In this document: piece after piece, positions 37,391 through 46,460 of the stretch
Layout: each line of letters opens with the position of its first letter
How positions within the stretch are numbered: position 1 is the first letter of the stretch
From: Actinomycetota bacterium
Lineage (GTDB): Bacteria; Actinomycetota; Acidimicrobiia; Acidimicrobiales; VFJN01
NCBI GenBank assembly: GCA_046726215.1
Contig: JBKPAA010000008.1
Coordinates: 24,568-88,567 of the forward strand
Reading direction: 5' to 3'
Length of the DNA: 64,000 nucleotides
Notes under the pieces: model-generated
Databases searched by the model: none
What the model saw: the letters and a program-made list of their open reading frames with translations, nothing else
What the model was told of the DNA's origin: nothing
Translations under genes and position numbers: made by a program

Positions 37391-37888
37391 GTGCGCTGGC
37401 AACCCGACTCCGCCGTCTGTCCCGAGTGTGGCTACTCGTGGACGCAACCGGTGGACGAGGCCGTCGCGGTGGTGGCCGATCTTCCGGACGGCATCGACCG
37501 CGTCGACCTGGAGGCACCCGCGGCCCGGCGGGCGCCGGCACCCGGGACGTGGTCGCGGGGCGCCTACGTCTGGCACCTGGTCGACGTCATGAGCATCGGC
37601 ACCGAGCGGCTGTGGACGATCGCGGACGATCCCGGGGCTGGCCTGCGGTGCTGGGACGAGAACGCGCTGGCCGAGGTGCGCCAGTACGAGCGGCAGTCGC
37701 CGGTCGTCGGGTTGCGAGCCCTGCGAGCCGCCGTCCACCGCTGGGTCGATGCCGCCCGGGCGGCCGATCCGGACGCGGTCAGCGCCCACGACGGCGGCGG
37801 CACGATGACGGCCGCCGACGTGATCCGCCGCAACGCGCACGAGGCGGTGCACCACCTCTGGGACATTCGCGGATGTAGCGCATCGTGA
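37391..37888 (+). CDS. DinB superfamily protein with N-terminal CxxC
   Basis: CPECGY, TWS...VWHLVD, HEAVHHLWD. Confidence 0.85.
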   Translation: MRWQPDSAVCPECGYSWTQPVDEAVAVVADLPDGIDRVDLEAPAARRAPAPGTWSRGAYVWHLVDVMSIGTERLWTIADDPGAGLRCWDENALAEVRQYERQSPVVGLRALRAAVHRWVDAARAADPDAVSAHDGGGTMTAADVIRRNAHEAVHHLWDIRGCSAS

Positions 37889-37918
37889 CGGATTCGCCAG
37901 GAGCGGCGCCTAGGCCGG

Positions 37919-38638
37919 TCAGGTGAGCGGCTCGGGGGCGGTCGTGAACGCCAGGCCCAGGTGGGCGGTGTCGTTGTAGCGGCGGATGACCCAGCGGTCG
38001 TCGGTGACGACCAGGTGGGAGACGGCGGCATTGTCGGAGCCGGTGAAGGCGAAGCCCCTCGACCCGCTGGCCTCGGCCAAGACCTGGCCGATGACGCCGC
38101 CGTGGGACACCACCGCCACGGTCTCGTCGGGGTGGGCGGCGGCGATGCGGCCGATGGCGGTGCGCACCCGGGCGGCGAAGGCGTCGCCCGGCTCGGCACC
38201 CGGAATGACGTCCCACCGCTGCTCGGCGTACATCCGCTGCGCCACGGGATGCCCCTCGGCCACGTGCTTGCGGAACGTGCCCCCCTCCCACTCGCCCAGG
38301 TACACCTCACGGAGGTCGGGTTCGACGCGGGGCTCGAGCCCCAGCCTGGCGGCCAGGGGCGCAGCGGTCTCGGCCGTCCGCCGCAGCGTCGACACATAGA
38401 TGGCCCTGATCGGCTCGTGCGCCAGCCGGTCCGCCAGGCGCTCCGCCTGGTCGCGGCCGATCGGGTCGAGCGGGGGATCGCCATGGCCGTCGACCAGCGG
38501 AAACGGGGCGTCCTCGCGCGCGGGCGCAGACTCGCCGTGGCGCACCAACAACAGCTCGCAGGCGCCGGGTGGGCGTCGGAAGCGGAGCTGGCGGTAGCCG
38601 CCGGCGTCGGGGGACTCCTGGGTTCCCTGGGCGGTCAA
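37919..38638 (-). CDS. Histidine phosphatase (phosphoglycerate mutase-like) family protein
   Basis: LLVRHGES, STLRRTAETA, LREVYLGEWEG, VSHGG; probable TTG start. Confidence 0.92.
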   Translation of the reverse strand: MTAQGTQESPDAGGYRQLRFRRPPGACELLLVRHGESAPAREDAPFPLVDGHGDPPLDPIGRDQAERLADRLAHEPIRAIYVSTLRRTAETAAPLAARLGLEPRVEPDLREVYLGEWEGGTFRKHVAEGHPVAQRMYAEQRWDVIPGAEPGDAFAARVRTAIGRIAAAHPDETVAVVSHGGVIGQVLAEASGSRGFAFTGSDNAAVSHLVVTDDRWVIRRYNDTAHLGLAFTTAPEPLT

Positions 38639-38652
38639 GCGACCCCGCCCGC

Positions 38653-39363
38653 TCAGCGGCGGACCTGGCCGAGCAGGCGCAGCACGTACCAGAACAGCAG
38701 CATGACAGAGGCGAAGAGCTGCACGGCGGCGCCAACGTAGGCGTCGGCGGGGTAGCGCCGGATGATCGTCTGGGTCTGGTAGAGGATCGAGCCGCCGGCC
38801 AGGCCGATCATCGCGACCGAGAACCACACGCCCAGGTCGAGGCCGAACAGCAGCGCCCCGGCGATGAGCACCAGCGCGCACACGCCCGCCCACAGCAGGA
38901 TCGGCCGGAGGTACGAAAGATCAGCTCGCGTCACCAACGCGACGGCGCTCAGCCCGGCGAAGCCGATGGCGGTGATCACGGCGGCCGCCAGCACGGTCGT
39001 GGTGCCGTCGCTCTGGACCTCGAAGATGTAGTGGAGGAAGGGGGCAAAGATCACGGCCTCGGCGGCCGCCAGCCCGAACAGCCCCGCGTACTGCCGCGAC
39101 GGGTTGAGGATGTCGTGCGCGGCGCTGGTGGCCAGCCAGCTCACTACCATGAAGCCGCCGAGCAGCAGGATCCAGCGACCGCCGCTCGCGAACACGATGT
39201 CGTAGAGCGCTTCGGCCGCCCCCAGGTTGATCAGCAGGGCCTCGAAGGCCACGAACGCCAGGAGCGCCGCCAGCAGGTGCTGGTAGACCCGGACGAGGAA
39301 CTCGCCGCGTGCTACGTCGTCGAGCATGACGACGGGCGGATTGGACGGGGGCGCAGCGGCCAT
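38653..39363 (-). CDS. Bax inhibitor-1/YccA family membrane protein
   Basis: FLVRVYQHL, about seven TMs, ILYQTQTI, QLFASVMLLFWYVLR; GGAGG RBS. Confidence 0.88.
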   Translation of the reverse strand: MAAAPPSNPPVVMLDDVARGEFLVRVYQHLLAALLAFVAFEALLINLGAAEALYDIVFASGGRWILLLGGFMVVSWLATSAAHDILNPSRQYAGLFGLAAAEAVIFAPFLHYIFEVQSDGTTTVLAAAVITAIGFAGLSAVALVTRADLSYLRPILLWAGVCALVLIAGALLFGLDLGVWFSVAMIGLAGGSILYQTQTIIRRYPADAYVGAAVQLFASVMLLFWYVLRLLGQVRR

Positions 39364-39403
39364 CGGGTCCTCCGGTGCAGGATCGGCGACGAACGCCGCC
39401 AGG

Positions 39404-39571
39404 CTAGTGGACCCTCGCGGAAGTCATCGTGGCGTCTCGCCTGGCCAGATTCGCCGCTGGACTGCGTCCTCGTCGTCGCCGCAGCTATGGCTGCGCCTTC
39501 CTCCTGCGTCCTTGCCAGCGACGAATCTGCCTCGGCGATACATCCACGGAACTTCCGCGAGCGCCCACTAG
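39404..39571. mobile_element. MITE-like element, 168 bp, ~57 bp imperfect terminal inverted repeats ending in CTAG
   Basis: Left CTAGTGGACCCTCGCGGAAGTC...CAGATTCGCCGCTGG; right (reverse complement) CTAGTGGGCGCTCGCGGAAGTT...CAGATTCGTCGCTGG. Confidence 0.75.
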
Positions 39572-39641
39572 TGAACCCGCCGGACCTCACCGCGTCGGCC
39601 GCGACCGGGAGTCGGCGGCACGGACCGCTCCGGGCGGGCCG

Positions 39642-40037
39642 TCAGCCCGAAGGCTCGTGACCGTCACGCTGTCCGGGGGCGAAGGGCCACTCCTCGAACG
39701 CCACGCACCGGCCGTCGCTGCCGAAGCGGATGACCCACAGGTCTCGCCAGCGCTCCGGCGTGACCCCGCCGCCGTCGTAGTCGACGCTCACCCGCACCAC
39801 CGCGGTCGTGTCCTCGACCGCGACGACGTCACTGGCCATCACGAACGGCTCGTCGGCGCCCTCCCGCGCCTCGTCCCAGAACCGGGCGATGGCGTCGAGG
39901 CCCTCGAGCGGCGGTGCCCAGGGTGAGGGCAGGTAGGAGGCGGCGGGCGAGAAGAGCTTGGCGAGAGCGTCGGTGCCGGCGGTGCGCCAGGCCCGCTCGT
40001 AGCCCTCGACCCACCGCGCCACGTCGGATCGGTCCAT
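39642..40037 (-). CDS. SnoaL/NTF2-like protein
   Basis: WVEGYERAWRT, LFSPAASY, WRDLWVIRF, FEEWP. Confidence 0.85.
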   Translation of the reverse strand: MDRSDVARWVEGYERAWRTAGTDALAKLFSPAASYLPSPWAPPLEGLDAIARFWDEAREGADEPFVMASDVVAVEDTTAVVRVSVDYDGGGVTPERWRDLWVIRFGSDGRCVAFEEWPFAPGQRDGHEPSG

Positions 40038-40061
40038 GGCTCCATCCTGCCCAACCGGCAC

Positions 40062-40904
40062 CTACGAGCGCCGATAGCGGGCGATCGCCAGCGGTGCGAA
40101 CACCAGGACCAGCCCCGCCGACCACAGCAGCGAGAGGACCACCCAGTGGGCCGTGGAGCCGCCCAGGCCGGCGAGCGAGGGGTCGCCGAGGGCCAGCGAA
40201 CGCACGGCATTGGTCATGGCCGTGATCGGCTGGTTCTCGGCGATCGGCTGCATCCACCCCGGCATCGAGTCGACCGGTACGTACGCGCTCGACACGAACG
40301 TCAGCGGGAACACCAGCAGCGACATGCCCTGCGCCGCCTGCGCACTGCCGGCCACCAGCCCGATCCAGACGAACAGCCAGGTGACTGCGAAGCCGTAGAC
40401 CACACACAGGCCGAAGGCGGCCAGCGCCTGCTGCACGTCGCCGTGGATGCGGAACCCGATCGCGAACCCGATGGCGGTGGTGATCGCCAGGCCCCATGCG
40501 AGCACGCCGGTGTCGGCCAGCGTGCGCCCGGCCAGCAACGCGGAGCGGTACACGGGCAGCGACCGGAGCCGGTCGAAGAAGCCGTGCTCGACATCCTCGG
40601 CCACGCCGGCCGCCGTGCCGGTCCCCGCGAACAGCACGCTGGTCACGACGAAGCCGGGAACCAGGAAGTCGACGTAGGGGACCGGGCCGGGGTTTATGGC
40701 GCCGCCGAACACGTAGCGGAAGATCAGCAGGAACATGGCGCCCTGGATCGTGCCGATGAGCACCAGCTGTGGGGTGCGCATGAACTTGCGCACGGTGCGG
40801 AGGGCCACCGACCACGAGGTGGTCAGCGGACCGGCCGGCACTGCGGCCGGGGCGATGGCCGGCGGCGCTGCGCCTGCGGGGCGGTCGAGGGTGGTGACGG
40901 TCAT
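40062..40904 (-). CDS. ABC-2 transporter permease (DrrB-like)
   Basis: FLLIFRYVFGGAI, GFFDRLRSLP, FVSSAYVPVDSMPGW. Confidence 0.93.
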   Translation of the reverse strand: MTVTTLDRPAGAAPPAIAPAAVPAGPLTTSWSVALRTVRKFMRTPQLVLIGTIQGAMFLLIFRYVFGGAINPGPVPYVDFLVPGFVVTSVLFAGTGTAAGVAEDVEHGFFDRLRSLPVYRSALLAGRTLADTGVLAWGLAITTAIGFAIGFRIHGDVQQALAAFGLCVVYGFAVTWLFVWIGLVAGSAQAAQGMSLLVFPLTFVSSAYVPVDSMPGWMQPIAENQPITAMTNAVRSLALGDPSLAGLGGSTAHWVVLSLLWSAGLVLVFAPLAIARYRRS

Positions 40905-40923
40905 CTGGGATGGGCTCCTCGGA

Positions 40924-41934
40924 TCAGGCGGCGCCGGCGGAGACCACCGGTGCCTGCGGGTCGTGGTCGATGTCGGCGCCATCCGACGCAGCGTCGAGGG
41001 GTGCACCAGTGAGCACGAGGAAGACCTCGTCGAGCGTCGGCCGGCGCAGCGCAATGTCGTCGACGTCGACGCCGAGCACGTCGAGCGCCCGTACGGCGTC
41101 GTTCATGGCTCGCCGGCCGCCGACGACCGGCACGGTCACCCGCCGCGTGGTGGCGTCGAGCCGTGGGGCCCCGGTGCCGATCGGTGCCAGGGCCCCGGCC
41201 AACCCGCCGAGGTCGTCGGCGTGGTGGGCATGCACCTCGATGACGTCGCGCCCGGCGCGCGACTTGAGCTCGCTCTGGGTGCCCTCGGCGATCACCCGGC
41301 CGTGGTCGATGATGACCACCTGGCTGGCAAGCTGGTCGGCTTCGTCGAGGTACTGCGTCGTCAGCAGCACGTCGGTGCCGTGAGCCACGAGCCCGCGGAT
41401 GGCATCCCACAGATCCATGCGGCTGCGCGGATCGAGGCCCGTCGTGGGCTCGTCGAGCAGCAGGAGGCGGGGAGCCCCCACGAGGCTGGCGCCCAGGTCG
41501 AGCCGGCGTCGCATGCCACCCGAGTAGGTGCGCACCAGCCGGTCCGCGGCGTCGGTGAGCCCCAGCTGTGCGAGCACGGCTTCGGAATTGGCGCGGGCAG
41601 AGCGCCGGTCGTGGCCGAAGAGCCGGGCCACCATGTCGAGGTTCTCGCGGCCGGTCATGGCCTCCTCGACCGCGGCGTACTGGCCCGCCAGGCCGATGAT
41701 GCGGCGCACGCGCTCCGGATGCCGAGCCGCGTCGATGCCGTCGACGCGCAGCGATCCTCCGTCGGGGCGGACGAGCGTGGCAACCGTGCGCACGAACGGC
41801 GTCTTGCCGGCGCCGTTGGGGCCGAGCACGGCGACCACTTGGCCGCTGTGGGCGACGAGGTCGAGCCCGGCCAGGGCGTCGACCTTGCCGAACCGCTTCG
41901 TGAGGCCGTGGGCCTCGACGATGGGGGATGCCAT
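40924..41934 (-). CDS. ABC transporter ATP-binding protein (DrrA-like)
   Basis: GPNGAGKT, YSGGMRRR, LLLDEPTTGLDP, LTTQYLDEAD. Confidence 0.95.
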   Translation of the reverse strand: MASPIVEAHGLTKRFGKVDALAGLDLVAHSGQVVAVLGPNGAGKTPFVRTVATLVRPDGGSLRVDGIDAARHPERVRRIIGLAGQYAAVEEAMTGRENLDMVARLFGHDRRSARANSEAVLAQLGLTDAADRLVRTYSGGMRRRLDLGASLVGAPRLLLLDEPTTGLDPRSRMDLWDAIRGLVAHGTDVLLTTQYLDEADQLASQVVIIDHGRVIAEGTQSELKSRAGRDVIEVHAHHADDLGGLAGALAPIGTGAPRLDATTRRVTVPVVGGRRAMNDAVRALDVLGVDVDDIALRRPTLDEVFLVLTGAPLDAASDGADIDHDPQAPVVSAGAA

Positions 41935-41939
41935 CGGTG

Positions 41940-42596
41940 TCACTCCTTGTCGTCGTCGGTCTCGTGGGCGGCGCCACCGGCGCCGGGCCGCGATGGGGTG
42001 AAGCCGTCCCTGTACCAGCGGCGCCACTCGTCGACCCCGGGCAGGTCACCCGACTCGATGTCGGCGATGAGCTGCCGCGTGAACTCGAGCTCGGCACTCA
42101 CCAGCGCCGCCTGGTACTCGTCCTCGATCCAGAAGAGGCGGGGCAGGCCCCGCTTCTCCAGCGCTTCGCGCAGGCCCTGCCACTGATCGAGGCGGACCTC
42201 GAGAGCCTGGCAACGCTGGCGCAGCAGGGGGATCGCGTCGTCCGGCGAGAGGGCGTGGAGCAATGACAGCGCCGCCTCGAACTGGAGGTATTCCTTGACC
42301 GGGACCCCGACGAGCTCGGACAGCCACTCGTACATCTCGGTCTTGCCGGAATCCGTGATCTCGTACACGGTGCGCTCCGGCCGGCGGCCTTCGCGGAAGG
42401 TCTCGACCGCCCGGATCAGCCCGCGCTTGTCCAGCGACTCGACGACGCCGTACAGCGAGCCGTAGTTGAGCCGGACGCTCTCGTGCTTGGCGCGGCTGCG
42501 CAGGGTCTGCGCCATCTCATAGGGGTGCATGGGGCGCTCGTAGAGCGAGGTGAGCACCGCCAGGGCCAACGGATTCGAACGACTGCGCGTGGGCAT
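41940..42596 (-). CDS. PadR family transcriptional regulator
   Basis: ERPMHPYEM, GSLYGVV, RPERTVYEITDSG; start 42596 or 42608. Confidence 0.93.
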   Translation of the reverse strand: MPTRSRSNPLALAVLTSLYERPMHPYEMAQTLRSRAKHESVRLNYGSLYGVVESLDKRGLIRAVETFREGRRPERTVYEITDSGKTEMYEWLSELVGVPVKEYLQFEAALSLLHALSPDDAIPLLRQRCQALEVRLDQWQGLREALEKRGLPRLFWIEDEYQAALVSAELEFTRQLIADIESGDLPGVDEWRRWYRDGFTPSRPGAGGAAHETDDDKE

Positions 42597-42606
42597 GTCC
42601 TGGACC

Positions 42607-42628
42607 ATATATTCGGTTCCGTATATTT
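42607..42628. promoter_or_regulatory. AT-rich imperfect palindrome, probable PadR operator
   Basis: ATATATTCGG-TT-CCGTATATTT at the padR start. Confidence 0.55.
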
Positions 42629-42665
42629 GACAACGTGTAAAATGTCACGGGGCCAAGCTGGTCGC

Positions 42666-43358
42666 GTGAGCGATGGAGGCGGCGTGCGCCGGACGGGGAT
42701 CCTGTTCGACCTCGACGGCACCCTGGTCGACAGCGTCTACCAACACGTCCTCGCCTGGCGGGAGGCCCTGGAGGCCGAGGGCATCGACATCCCGGTGTGG
42801 ACGATCCACCGCAGGATCGGCATGAGCGGCGGCCTGTTCGCCCGCGCGCTCCTGCGGGAGGTGGGCGCGCCCATCAGCCCTGAGCTGGCGGAGGGCCTGC
42901 AGGCCCGGCATCACGACGCATTCGAGCGCTACCGCGGTGGGGTGCGGCCCCTGCCCGGCGCCGTCGCCCTCCTGGAACGGCTGACGTCCGTCGGCGCCCC
43001 GTGGGCGATCGCCACCAGCGGGCGGCTGGCGACGGCCGGACCCAATCTGGCGCTGCTGGGCGTGCCCGACGGGGTGCCGATCGTCACCCGCGACGCCGTG
43101 ACCCGCGCCAAGCCCGACCCCGACCTGTTCCTCGCGGCGGCGGAGGCCCTGGGCCTGGCCGTCGAGGACTGCGTCGTGGTGGGAGACAGCGTGTGGGACC
43201 TGCTCGCCGCACGCCGGGCCCGGGCGTTGGGTGTCGGCCTGCTCTCGGGCGGCTACGGCACCGACGAGCTCGAGCGCGCCGGCGCCTTCCGGGTGTACGA
43301 GGACCCCGCGGACCTGCTCCGGCACCTCGACGAGGTGGGTGTCCGCGAGCTGGAGTGA
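42666..43358 (+). CDS. HAD family hydrolase
   Basis: FDLDGTLVDS, IATS, KPDPD, VGDSVWD. Confidence 0.93.
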   Translation: MSDGGGVRRTGILFDLDGTLVDSVYQHVLAWREALEAEGIDIPVWTIHRRIGMSGGLFARALLREVGAPISPELAEGLQARHHDAFERYRGGVRPLPGAVALLERLTSVGAPWAIATSGRLATAGPNLALLGVPDGVPIVTRDAVTRAKPDPDLFLAAAEALGLAVEDCVVVGDSVWDLLAARRARALGVGLLSGGYGTDELERAGAFRVYEDPADLLRHLDEVGVRELE

Positions 43359-43369
43359 CCGGACTTCGG

Positions 43370-43750
43370 CTACGAGGCATAGCAGCGGAACTCGACCAAC
43401 AGCCCGTCGGGATCGTGAACGTAGATCGACTGACCCAGCCCCCGGGCGCCGAACCGTTCGCCGCGATCCACCACCTCGAGCCCGGGTTCGCCGTCCAGGT
43501 CCTCGAGCTCACTGGGGGAGACCACGAAGCAGATGTGGTCGAGGTGGCCGCGATCGGCCCCGGTGTCCCCGGGGACGAGGTCCATGATGGTCGATTCGTC
43601 GATGCGCAGCGAGGGGAAGGGCGCCTCGCCGGCTCGCCACTCCTCGACCCGCACCCCGGCGAGCCCGGCGTGCCGCCCGTACCAGGCCAGTGCCCGCTCG
43701 ATGTCGGCGACGACGAGCACGAGATGGTCGAGGGCGAGGGCGGTGGCCAT
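43370..43750 (-). CDS. VOC family protein
   Basis: LDHLVLVVADIER, LDHICFVV, YVHDPDG; AGGAGG RBS. Confidence 0.9.
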   Translation of the reverse strand: MATALALDHLVLVVADIERALAWYGRHAGLAGVRVEEWRAGEAPFPSLRIDESTIMDLVPGDTGADRGHLDHICFVVSPSELEDLDGEPGLEVVDRGERFGARGLGQSIYVHDPDGLLVEFRCYAS

Positions 43751-43785
43751 GGCAACCTCCTGTCGGCGGCGTCTCCGCAAGCCTG

Positions 43786-43933
43786 TCACGCCCGGGCGGT
43801 GACCTCGCCGTGCACCACGACGAAGACGCCGTCGGGATCGGCGGCCCACTCCCGCCAGGCAGCGGCGATGCCGGCCGACGGGGTCGCTCAGGTGCTGCAG
43901 GACTCGGTGGGCATGGACGACGTCGAACCGCCC
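43786..43933 (-). pseudogene. Fragmented class I SAM methyltransferase remnant
   Basis: GRFDVVHAHRVLQHLSDPV joined, with a frame change, to IAAAWREWAADPDGVFVVVHGEVTARA*. Confidence 0.7.
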
Positions 43934-43951
43934 CCTGTCAACCCGGTGGCC

Positions 43952-44000
43952 TTAGCGCGTGCTTGACGCCATGGGCCTGGATCTTGACGCGTCGTTAGCG
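43952..44000 (+). promoter_or_regulatory. Phased direct repeats upstream of the K+ transporter (OmpR/KdpE-type candidate)
   Basis: TTAGCG 43952, TTGACG 43963, TTGACG 43984, TTAGCG 43995 (spacing 11, 21, 11). Confidence 0.6.
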
Positions 44001-44033
44001 CGCATCCGCCCGGCCGGCCGCCACGGTAGGGGC

Positions 44034-46445
44034 GTGTCAGTCGACACCTCCCCGGGAATGCGCGCCCCGGCGGCTGTTCGGCCGCCCGGGGCGACCACGC
44101 CCCTGCCGCCGGATCCCCTGTCGTACCGCCTCAAGCGCAGGCTGCTGGGCAAGCCCCTGAACAGCGAGGAGCTGGAGCACCAACGCCTGGGCAAGCCGAC
44201 GGCATTGGCCGTATTCGCCTCCGACAACCTGTCGTCGTCGGCCTATGCGACCGAGGAGATCCTGCACGTACTGATCCCGGTGGCGGGGGCGGTGGCGTTC
44301 TCCCTCGTCGTTCCGGTCACCCTGGCGATGTGCGTGGTCCTGGGGTTCCTGATCCTGTCCTACCGGGAGACCATCAAGGAGTACCCCTCCGCCGGCGGCG
44401 CCTACCTGGTCACGAAGGACAACTTCGGGCCCACGGTGGCCCAGGTGGCCGGTGCGTCGCTGCTCGTCGACTACATCCTGACCGTCGCGGTCTCGGCCTC
44501 GGCCGGTACCGCGGCCCTGACCTCGGCGTTCGATGCCCTCGCCCCCTACCGGGTCCCGATTTCGGTGTTCTTCATCAGCGTCATCGCCTGGGGCAACCTG
44601 CGAGGGGTCAGGGAGTCGGGGAGGATCTTCGCCATCCCCACGTACTTCTTCATGCTCACAATGGCGTTCCTGCTCGGCATCGGGGCGTGGAAGTACCTCT
44701 CCGGTGACCTGCCCGACTTCTCGGGGGTGGTGAGCCATGGCCAGCTCACCCTCGATGGCGCCGGGGTCAGCGGGGTCGGGTTCCTGCTTGGCGTGAGGCT
44801 CTACGACGTCCTCCACGCCTTCGCGTCCGGCGGCGCCGCGGTCACCGGCGTCGAGGCCATCTCCAACGGCGTGCCCGCGTTCCGCAAACCCGAGTGGCGC
44901 AACGCCCGCCAGACGCTGGTGCTCATGGGCACGGGGCTGGGCATCATGTTCCTCGGCCTGTCAGCGCTGGCAGCCAAGATGGAGATCCGTCCCTACGAGG
45001 TGGGGACGCCAACGGTCATCTCCCAGATCGGTCAGGCGGTCTTCGGCGGCGGTCCCGTGGGCGATGCGCTCTACTACGCCCTGCAGGCCGGCACGATGCT
45101 GATCCTCATCATGGCGGCGAACACCGGCTTCGCCGACTTCCCGCGGCTGGCCAGCTTCCAGGCGGGCGACAGCTTCCTGCCCCGCCAGCTCACCAAGCGG
45201 GGCCACAGGCTCGTCTACTCCAACGGCATCATCGCCCTGGCCGGCGCCGCCATGGCCCTCGTGATCATCACCGGGGCCGAGGTGACCCGGCTGATCCCGC
45301 TCTACGCCATCGGCGTGTTCACCGGCTTCACGCTGTCGCAGTCGGGCATGACCAAGCACCATTGGCGCAAGCGTGAGCCGGGGTGGCGCAGGGGGATCGC
45401 GGTCAACGGCTTCGGCGCGTTCCTGTCGGCGGTGGTGACGGTGGTCGTCGCCGTGACCAAGTTCCGGGATGGCGCCTGGGCGATCCTCATCATCCTCCCG
45501 TTGCTGGTCGTCGTGTTCCTGCGGCTCAATCGGCAGTACGTGCGCGAGGCCGCTTCGCTCGAGGCCGACGTTCCCGCGGCCGCCAAGGCGCCGATCCTGC
45601 GCCGCCACGTCGTGATGGTGTTCGTCGACCGCCTCGACCTGGCCGCCGCCCGCGCCATCCAGTACGCCCGCACGCTTGCGCCCGACGAGTTGCGGGCCGT
45701 CCACTTCGTGCTCGACGACGAGGCCGCCCGCCACCTGGCCGAGGAATGGACCCGGCTCGGGCTCCATCGGGTGCAGCTCGAACTGGTCGAATGCCCGGAC
45801 CGGCGGCTCACCCGCAGCGCCGTCGAGACTGTCGCCCGCGAGGTCGCCGACGGCGAGACCGAGGTCAGCGTGCTCCTGCCCGACCGCAAGTTCAACGGGT
45901 TGTGGCACCGGATCCTGCACGACCGGACGGCGGACGCCATCGCCGAACAGGTGTCCCGCCTGCCGCACGCCAACGTCACCACCGTCCCCTTCCATTTCGA
46001 GGCCGCCGAGGACGCCCGGGTGCCGCTGTCCGCGATCGTCGGCGCGGCCGGCGGACACGGCGACGGCGGCTCGGCGGGTCCGCGCCCGGAAGGCGGCGGA
46101 CTGCCGCAGGAGGCGCCGCTGCCGGTGCGCCCGTTCGGGGGCGACGGCAGCGACGGTCCCGCTCGCTACGAGGTCCCGGGCACCACCCCCATCGCCGACG
46201 CCCGCTACCGGGACCGCGTCCGGCTCGCCGGCCGGGTTCGGTCCCTGCGAGTCGCCCCGCAACACGACGCGCCGCTCCTCGAGCTGGTGCTCGACGACGG
46301 CAGCGCCGCGATCTCGGTGGTCTTCCTCGGCCGGCGCGGCCTAGCCGGCGTCGGTGTGGGAGCACACATGGTGGTCGAGGGTACGGTCGGGCTGCACCGC
46401 AACCGGCTCGCGCTGCTCAACCCGGCCTACGAGCTGCGGATCTAG
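44034..46445 (+). CDS. KimA-like APC-superfamily K+ transporter fused to a C-terminal OB-fold domain
   Basis: ALAVFASDNLSSSAYATEE, YPSAGGAY, DYILTVAVS, TGVEAISNG, LIPLYAIGVF; C-term RVRLAGRVRS..LVLDDGSAAISVVFLGRRGLAGV..LLNPAYEL. Confidence 0.88.
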   Translation: MSVDTSPGMRAPAAVRPPGATTPLPPDPLSYRLKRRLLGKPLNSEELEHQRLGKPTALAVFASDNLSSSAYATEEILHVLIPVAGAVAFSLVVPVTLAMCVVLGFLILSYRETIKEYPSAGGAYLVTKDNFGPTVAQVAGASLLVDYILTVAVSASAGTAALTSAFDALAPYRVPISVFFISVIAWGNLRGVRESGRIFAIPTYFFMLTMAFLLGIGAWKYLSGDLPDFSGVVSHGQLTLDGAGVSGVGFLLGVRLYDVLHAFASGGAAVTGVEAISNGVPAFRKPEWRNARQTLVLMGTGLGIMFLGLSALAAKMEIRPYEVGTPTVISQIGQAVFGGGPVGDALYYALQAGTMLILIMAANTGFADFPRLASFQAGDSFLPRQLTKRGHRLVYSNGIIALAGAAMALVIITGAEVTRLIPLYAIGVFTGFTLSQSGMTKHHWRKREPGWRRGIAVNGFGAFLSAVVTVVVAVTKFRDGAWAILIILPLLVVVFLRLNRQYVREAASLEADVPAAAKAPILRRHVVMVFVDRLDLAAARAIQYARTLAPDELRAVHFVLDDEAARHLAEEWTRLGLHRVQLELVECPDRRLTRSAVETVAREVADGETEVSVLLPDRKFNGLWHRILHDRTADAIAEQVSRLPHANVTTVPFHFEAAEDARVPLSAIVGAAGGHGDGGSAGPRPEGGGLPQEAPLPVRPFGGDGSDGPARYEVPGTTPIADARYRDRVRLAGRVRSLRVAPQHDAPLLELVLDDGSAAISVVFLGRRGLAGVGVGAHMVVEGTVGLHRNRLALLNPAYELRI

Positions 46446-46460
46446 CGTCCTCGCGCTCGG

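Noticed and set aside
41790-41825. ABC ATPase Walker A reading GKTP rather than GKTT
   Set aside because: Core GxxGxGKT is intact; one substitution is not enough to claim inactivity
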